The notes beneath the pieces were generated by a model. That model made no database searches. It saw only the letters and a list, made by a program, of their open reading frames with translations, and was not told where the DNA came from. Below are positions 59,416-64,000 of a stretch of 64,000 bases of DNA, in pieces. Origin of the DNA: Candidatus Dormibacteria bacterium (GTDB taxonomy: Bacteria; Chloroflexota; Dormibacteria; Aeolococcales; Aeolococcaceae); NCBI GenBank assembly GCA_049511615.1, contig JBEKXW010000001.1:222052-286051 (forward strand), written 5' to 3'. Numbering within the stretch: the first letter of the stretch is position 1; each line of letters opens with the position of its first letter. Position numbers and translations under genes: made by a program.

Positions 59416-59873
59416 GTCCCTGTCCGCGGGCGGCTTCCCTTCTCCGGCTCCTCCGGGCTCGACGCCGCCCTCTCCTCCAGCCGGGCCACGCGCTGTTCCA
59501 GCGCACGCAGCTCGCGCAGGATGGCCAGGTTGAAGCGCGTCTGGTCCTGGGCGATGGGGGCCACGTACCAGGCGAGCAGCCGGCGGACGACCCGCTTGCC
59601 GAAGACGATCACCCCTCCCACGACCGGGTGGATTGACCGGAGGGGCCGCGCGCTCTGCACCAGTACCAGCACCTCGGGGGGTTCCAGGCCCTCGTCCGGG
59701 TGAAACTCGGTGTGCAGCCGCTCCAGCAGGGCGGTGGGGTAGGCGCCGGCCGCACGCTTGGCCTCCACCTCGGCCTGGATCTCGGCGACGATCGCCTCGA
59801 CGTCGGGAGCGGGCGGCTCGGCGCTTCCGGCGGGTGGTGCCTCCTCGGGGCCGAACTGCCCCCGGTCGCTCAT
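59412..59873 (-). CDS. small coiled-coil protein of the glycan locus (resembles N-terminal region of O-antigen chain-terminating methyltransferases)
   Basis: 'VEAIVAEIQAEVEAKRAAGAYP' and 'RRLLAWYVAPIAQDQTRFNLAILRELRALEQRVARLE'. 153 aa, wedged between wzt and a GT with 4-8 nt junctions. Confidence 0.6.
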   Translation of the reverse strand: MSDRGQFGPEEAPPAGSAEPPAPDVEAIVAEIQAEVEAKRAAGAYPTALLERLHTEFHPDEGLEPPEVLVLVQSARPLRSIHPVVGGVIVFGKRVVRRLLAWYVAPIAQDQTRFNLAILRELRALEQRVARLEERAASSPEEPEKGSRPRTGT

Positions 59874-59881
59874 CCCGTCCC

Positions 59882-61150
59882 CTACGTGGTCGAGCCGAGC
59901 CGGTCGGGCCAGCCCACCACCGGCAGCTCCGAGGCGGCCACCGACCACACGCCGCCGGGGTCGATCACGCCATGGCGGCCGCCCCTGTCGATGACGCGAA
60001 AGCGGATGCCGTGGTCCACGTGGTCGAAGGTGGCGCCATCCCGCCGTCCCTGGAGCTCGATGTTGACGCTGTACTCGCCGTCGAGCAGGGGAAGCTGGGG
60101 GATGTCGTAGCGGACCGTGCCGGCCGAGCCCCGCTGGCTGGAGCCGACCTGGGCGTACTGGCTGACCGGGAAGCGCGACTCGGCCACCGCCAGCCCGTCG
60201 CCGCGGACCAGCCAGACCACGCAGGTGAAGTCGGCCACGGCGTCGTTCTGGATCTCGTAGCCGAACTCGATGCGGGCGAAGCCGCCGGTCACCGGGTTGG
60301 TATCCTCGACGCCGCGCTCGTCGAGCATCCGGGCAGCGGTGATCACCACGTCCCGGGAGCCCCAGCGATCGATCTCGGGAGCGAGCCGCGAGCCGTCGGC
60401 GGCGAGGCCGATGGCGCGCCGGTACTGGGCGGTGACCGCGGCGGCGGTGCCGTCGGCCACCAGCCGGCCGTGGTCGAGCAGCAGCGCCCGATCGCAGTAG
60501 TTGGTGACCGCGGCCAGCTCGTGGGTGACCAGCACGACGGTGCGACCCTCCCGCTTGTAGCGGTTGAAGATGTCGAAGCACTTCTGCTGGAACGAGGCGT
60601 CACCGACGGCCAGCACCTCGTCCATCATCAGGATCTCGGCGTGAGCCTGGATGGCGAGGGAGAAGGCGAGCCGCACCTCCATGCCCGAGGAGAAGTTCTT
60701 GAGCTTGTGGTCGACAAACTGCTCCAGCTCGGCGAAGCCGATGATCTCGTCGAAGAGACGGTGCAGCTCGGGGCGGCCCAGGCCCAGGATGGCACCGCTC
60801 AGGAAGATGTTCTCCCGGGCGGTCAGCTCGGGGTTGAAGCCGACCCCCAGCTCGAGGAACGGGGACACCTTGCCCGCGATGGTGATCCTGCCCACCTCCG
60901 GACGGTAGATCTTCGCCAGGATCTTGAGCAGGGTGCTCTTCCCCGATCCGTTGTGGCCGATGATGCCGATGAACTCGCCCGTCGGCACCTCGAAGCTGAC
61001 GTCCAGCAGCGCCTCCAGGATGCGGTACCGCGACGCGCTCCGCCAGTGGGTGAGCCGGTGCTTCAGGGTCGAGCTGCGGTCGAGCGGGATCCGGAAGCGC
61101 TTGGAGAGGTGCTCCACCCGGATGGCAAGGTCGCGGTCGCTGAGGGTCAC
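59882..61150 (-). CDS. wzt: polysaccharide ABC exporter ATP-binding protein with C-terminal carbohydrate-binding (Wzt_C-like) domain
   Basis: 'GIIGHNGSGKSTLLK', 'FSSGMEVRLAF' and 'LMMDEVLAVGD'. C-terminal 'IDRWGSRDVVI...LLDGEYSVNIEL'. GTGA overlap with wzm. Confidence 0.88.
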   Translation of the reverse strand: MTLSDRDLAIRVEHLSKRFRIPLDRSSTLKHRLTHWRSASRYRILEALLDVSFEVPTGEFIGIIGHNGSGKSTLLKILAKIYRPEVGRITIAGKVSPFLELGVGFNPELTARENIFLSGAILGLGRPELHRLFDEIIGFAELEQFVDHKLKNFSSGMEVRLAFSLAIQAHAEILMMDEVLAVGDASFQQKCFDIFNRYKREGRTVVLVTHELAAVTNYCDRALLLDHGRLVADGTAAAVTAQYRRAIGLAADGSRLAPEIDRWGSRDVVITAARMLDERGVEDTNPVTGGFARIEFGYEIQNDAVADFTCVVWLVRGDGLAVAESRFPVSQYAQVGSSQRGSAGTVRYDIPQLPLLDGEYSVNIELQGRRDGATFDHVDHGIRFRVIDRGGRHGVIDPGGVWSVAASELPVVGWPDRLGSTT

Positions 61151-62145
61151 AGGTTCTCGGCGAAGGTCCGGGCCCGGGCCCGGAAGGTGAGCGCGCCGAT
61201 GGTGAGCACCGCGACGACGACCAGGAAGGGCACCGGCAGCAGCCACGGGTAGTCGAAGCGGGCGTACTGGTTGACGGCGGCGAGATGACCGGTCACCACC
61301 AGCTCGGTCCAGGGAGCCTGGGGTGTGAGCAGGGCGTGGCGCAGGTCCTCGATGGTCTGCATGATCGGGTTGCAGGCCACCATCAACACCGCCCACAGGT
61401 TGCTCGTCGGCAACACCGTCGCTCCTCCCAACAGCTTTGCCCCCACCGCCAGCTTCTGCCCCGGCAGCAGCGTCTGCCCCGCCGCCAGTGCCAGGTGGGC
61501 CCGCTGCAGGACATAGGAGAGGCTGAACATCACCCCGGACCCGTAGAAGAGGAGCTGCATCAGCACGTCCCAGAGATGGCCGATGTCGTGGAACTGGACG
61601 AAGAGGGCGGAGAGGAAGAGGGAGATGCCGATCGCCAGCAGGTAGAGCTCGAGCAGCAGCGGGATGACGAGGAAGATGCGGAACCCGACGTCGATCTGGT
61701 GCAGCAAGACGGCGATCACGAAGACGATGGTCAGGTTGATCAGGAAGGTGAACAGCGACGACATCGACGCGGCGATGACCAGGATGGAGCGGGGGAAGTA
61801 GGCCTTGCGGATCAGTCCGGCGCTGCCCGCGATGGCCATCATCGAGGAGGCCGTGCACTCGGCGAAGAAGGTCCAGACGACGATCCCGAGCAGAAGCTGG
61901 ATGCCGTAGAACTGGGTCCCGTCCTTGATCTTGAAGAGGCCGACGAAGATCACGAAGGTGATCGCGAAGATCATCGCCGGCTTGAGCAGCGACCAGAAGT
62001 AGCCGAGCACCGACTGCGTGTAGCGGAGCTTGAACTGGCTGATCGCCAGCTCCACGGTCAGATGCCGGTAGTGGCGGAAGGTGTTGAGCTGCGGCCCGGG
62101 ACCGGCGGCGAGCGCGTCCAGCTGGGCGTCAGCGATGGTGGACAT
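61147..62145 (-). CDS. wzm: ABC-2 type polysaccharide exporter permease
   Basis: 'ISQFKLRYTQSVLGYFWSLLKP', 'IRKAYFPRS' and six TM helices. GC visibly lower than neighbouring genes. Confidence 0.88.
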   Translation of the reverse strand: MSTIADAQLDALAAGPGPQLNTFRHYRHLTVELAISQFKLRYTQSVLGYFWSLLKPAMIFAITFVIFVGLFKIKDGTQFYGIQLLLGIVVWTFFAECTASSMMAIAGSAGLIRKAYFPRSILVIAASMSSLFTFLINLTIVFVIAVLLHQIDVGFRIFLVIPLLLELYLLAIGISLFLSALFVQFHDIGHLWDVLMQLLFYGSGVMFSLSYVLQRAHLALAAGQTLLPGQKLAVGAKLLGGATVLPTSNLWAVLMVACNPIMQTIEDLRHALLTPQAPWTELVVTGHLAAVNQYARFDYPWLLPVPFLVVVAVLTIGALTFRARARTFAENL

Positions 62146-62246
62146 GCATCATGCGGAAGGGGCGACCGGGCCACGGGGACAGGACATGGAGACGACGCAG
62201 TGTAGCAATCGCGCCAGCACGGCTGATGGGGGGCGCTTCGCCCTGC

Positions 62247-62252
62247 TAGCAT
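62247..62252 (+). promoter_or_regulatory. -10-like box TAGCAT, 9 nt upstream of apt ATG (leaderless candidate)
   Basis: ccctgcTAGCATccggcggcgATG; no SD. Confidence 0.35.
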
Positions 62253-62261
62253 CCGGCGGCG

Positions 62262-62810
62262 ATGGCTGACGGCCCCAGCCCGCCCGACCCGCTCGCGGAA
62301 CGCCTCCGGACGCTGATCCGCGACGTCCCCGACTTCCCGCGCAAGGGCGTCCTCTTCAAGGACATCACCACGCTGCTGGGCGACGCGGAGGCCTTCCGGA
62401 CCGCCATCGACGACCTGGTCGACGCCTATCGCGATGACGGCGTCGAGGTCGTGGTCGGCGTCGAGTCACGCGGCTTCGTCCTCGGCGGGGCGCTCGCCTA
62501 CCTGCTCGGGGTCGGCTTCGTCCCGGTCCGCAAGCAGGGCCGGCTGCCGGCACGGACCATCTCGGTCGCCTACGCCCTGGAGTACGGCGAGGCGGTGCTG
62601 GAGGTGCACGCCGACGCCATCCGCCCCGGCCAGCGTGTGCTCATCGTCGACGACCTCCTGGCCACCGGGGGGACGGCCCGGGCGTCCGCCGAGCTGGTCG
62701 AGAGGCTCGGTGGCCAGGTGGTGGGGATCGCCTTCCTCATCGAGCTGGCCGGCTTCGGGGGCGCGGAGGCCCTCGGCGATCGCCGCCACGTCTCCCTGAT
62801 CCGCTTCTGA
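62262..62810 (+). CDS. apt: adenine phosphoribosyltransferase
   Basis: '[21 protein letters not shown]', 'VVGVESRGF' and '[14 protein letters not shown]'. Confidence 0.93.
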   Translation: MADGPSPPDPLAERLRTLIRDVPDFPRKGVLFKDITTLLGDAEAFRTAIDDLVDAYRDDGVEVVVGVESRGFVLGGALAYLLGVGFVPVRKQGRLPARTISVAYALEYGEAVLEVHADAIRPGQRVLIVDDLLATGGTARASAELVERLGGQVVGIAFLIELAGFGGAEALGDRRHVSLIRF

Positions 62811-62927
62811 GCCCGCCGGCGCCGCCGCGCGGGACGGGGAGCCATCGCATCCGGCTGCGTCGGCCGTGCTCCGCCCTCGGTTACCATGGCCGCCCCAAGC
62901 AGTCGCGTCACCCTCGTCAGGAGATGG

Positions 62928-64000
62928 CATGACCACCAGCGCCGGCACCTCCCGCCACGACGTCGCCGACCTCTCCCTGGCCGATGAGGGCGACCGGCTG
63001 ATCGCCTGGGCGGCCCGGGAGATGCCGGTGCTCAGCCTGATCCGGGAGCGTTTCGAGCGGGAGAGGCCGCTGGCGGGCCTCCGGCTCGGCGCCTGCCTTC
63101 ACGTGACCAGCGAGACCGCCAACCTCGCCATCACCCTCCGGGCCGGCGGCGCCGACGTCCGGCTCTGCGCCAGCAACCCCCTGTCGACGCAGGACCCCGT
63201 CGCGGCCGCGCTCACCGCCCACCACGGGGTCCCGACCTTCGCCGTCAAGGGCGAGGACAGCGCCCGCTACTTCGACCACATCAACGCGGTCCTCGATCAC
63301 CACCCCAACCTCACCATGGACGACGGCGCCGATCTGGTCGCCGAGCTGCACAAGACGCGGACCGAGCTGATCCCCGACGTCTTGGCGGGAACCGAGGAGA
63401 CGACGACCGGTGTCATCCGTCTGCGGGCGATGGCGGCCGACGGGGCCCTGCGCTTCCCGATCGTCGCGGTCAACGAGGCGCTCACCAAGCACATGTTCGA
63501 CAACCGCTACGGCACCGGTCAGAGCACCCTGGACGGCCTGATCCGGGCCACCAACGTCCTGCTCGCCGGCAAGACCCTGGTGGTGTGCGGCTACGGCTGG
63601 TGCGGGCGGGGCCTGGCCAGCCGCGCGGCCGGCCACGGCGCCCACGTCGTCGTCACCGAGGTCGACCCGGTGCGGGCCCTGGAGGCCGCCATGGACGGCT
63701 ACCGGGTGATGACCCTGGCCGAGGCGGCGCCCCAGGCCGACTTCATCGTCACCGTCACCGGTGACATCAACGTCGTCGACCGCCACCACTTCGAGCTGCT
63801 CAAGGACGGCTGCATCGTCGCCAACAGCGGCCATTTCAACGACGAGATCAACCTGGCGGCGCTGGACGACATGGCCACCGGGGTCTCCCGGCCCCGGCCC
63901 TACGTCGAGGCCTACCGGCTGGGCGACGGCCGCACCCTCAACGTGCTGGCCCAGGGGCGCCTGGTGAACCTCGTCGCCGCGGAGGGGCACCCGGCCGCGG
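62928..64000 (+). CDS. ahcY: adenosylhomocysteinase (3' end beyond window; absent from the supplied ORF track because it has no stop)
   Basis: My own translation from ATG 62928 (AGGAG 5 nt upstream) gives [35 protein letters not shown]...[10 protein letters not shown]...GTEETTTGV...NRYGTGQS...[10 protein letters not shown]...NSGHFNDEI. Confidence 0.9.

Noticed and set aside
62811-62927. Possible SAH riboswitch upstream of ahcY
   Set aside because: I could not find the conserved SAH-element strings (GAGGAGCGCUGCGAC ... AACGGCGCUC) or its pseudoknot arrangement. Only a generic GGAGCC/GCUCC pairing is present. A cmsearch with RF01057 would settle it.

Overview
Very GC-rich (by eye above 70%), gene-dense and mostly core chromosomal segment of a Gram-positive-type (Actinomycetota/Chloroflexota-like) genome. 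I support about 52 protein genes, one tRNA-Lys(UUU) and one toxin-gene relic; there are no rRNA genes, CRISPR arrays, transposases or integrases. Main blocks: (i) GNAT, R3H/AAA ATPase, tmk-darA; (ii) two cell-surface proteins (a glycine-rich ALK-like protein and an Ig-repeat protein) sharing the layout signal peptide, Thr/Pro linker, C-terminal TM anchor; (iii) three GGDEF proteins, two of them paralogues; (iv) central metabolism: enoyl-CoA hydratase, membrane Fe-S oxidoreductase, sucCD, thiolase, pfk, F420-dependent NADP reductase, AKR; (v) ada-alkA/ogt alkylation repair; (vi) a translationally coupled pyrimidine operon pyrB-pyrR-pyrC-carAB-pyrK-pyrD with a PyrR-binding leader and a carA-carB in-frame fusion; (vii) a minus-strand ABC-2 (Wzm/Wzt) glycan locus with four GT4 genes and a cyclopropane-fatty-acid-synthase-like methyltransferase, near trpS, a triple YjzC-like repeat protein, a six-hairpin glycosidase and a processive-type GT2; (viii) apt and ahcY, the latter open at the window edge and missing from the ORF track. 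Items worth a second look: the carAB fusion, tandem covarying hairpin repeats after pfk, a recurrent TANNNT box 6-10 nt upstream of start codons (leaderless mRNAs), an HTH-less LacI-type sensor fused to PAS-GGDEF, a ParA-like ATPase with an HTH-like tail preceded by a duplicated start region, a VapC relic, and the glycan locus. Most long antisense ORFs in the track are GC-driven shadow frames.
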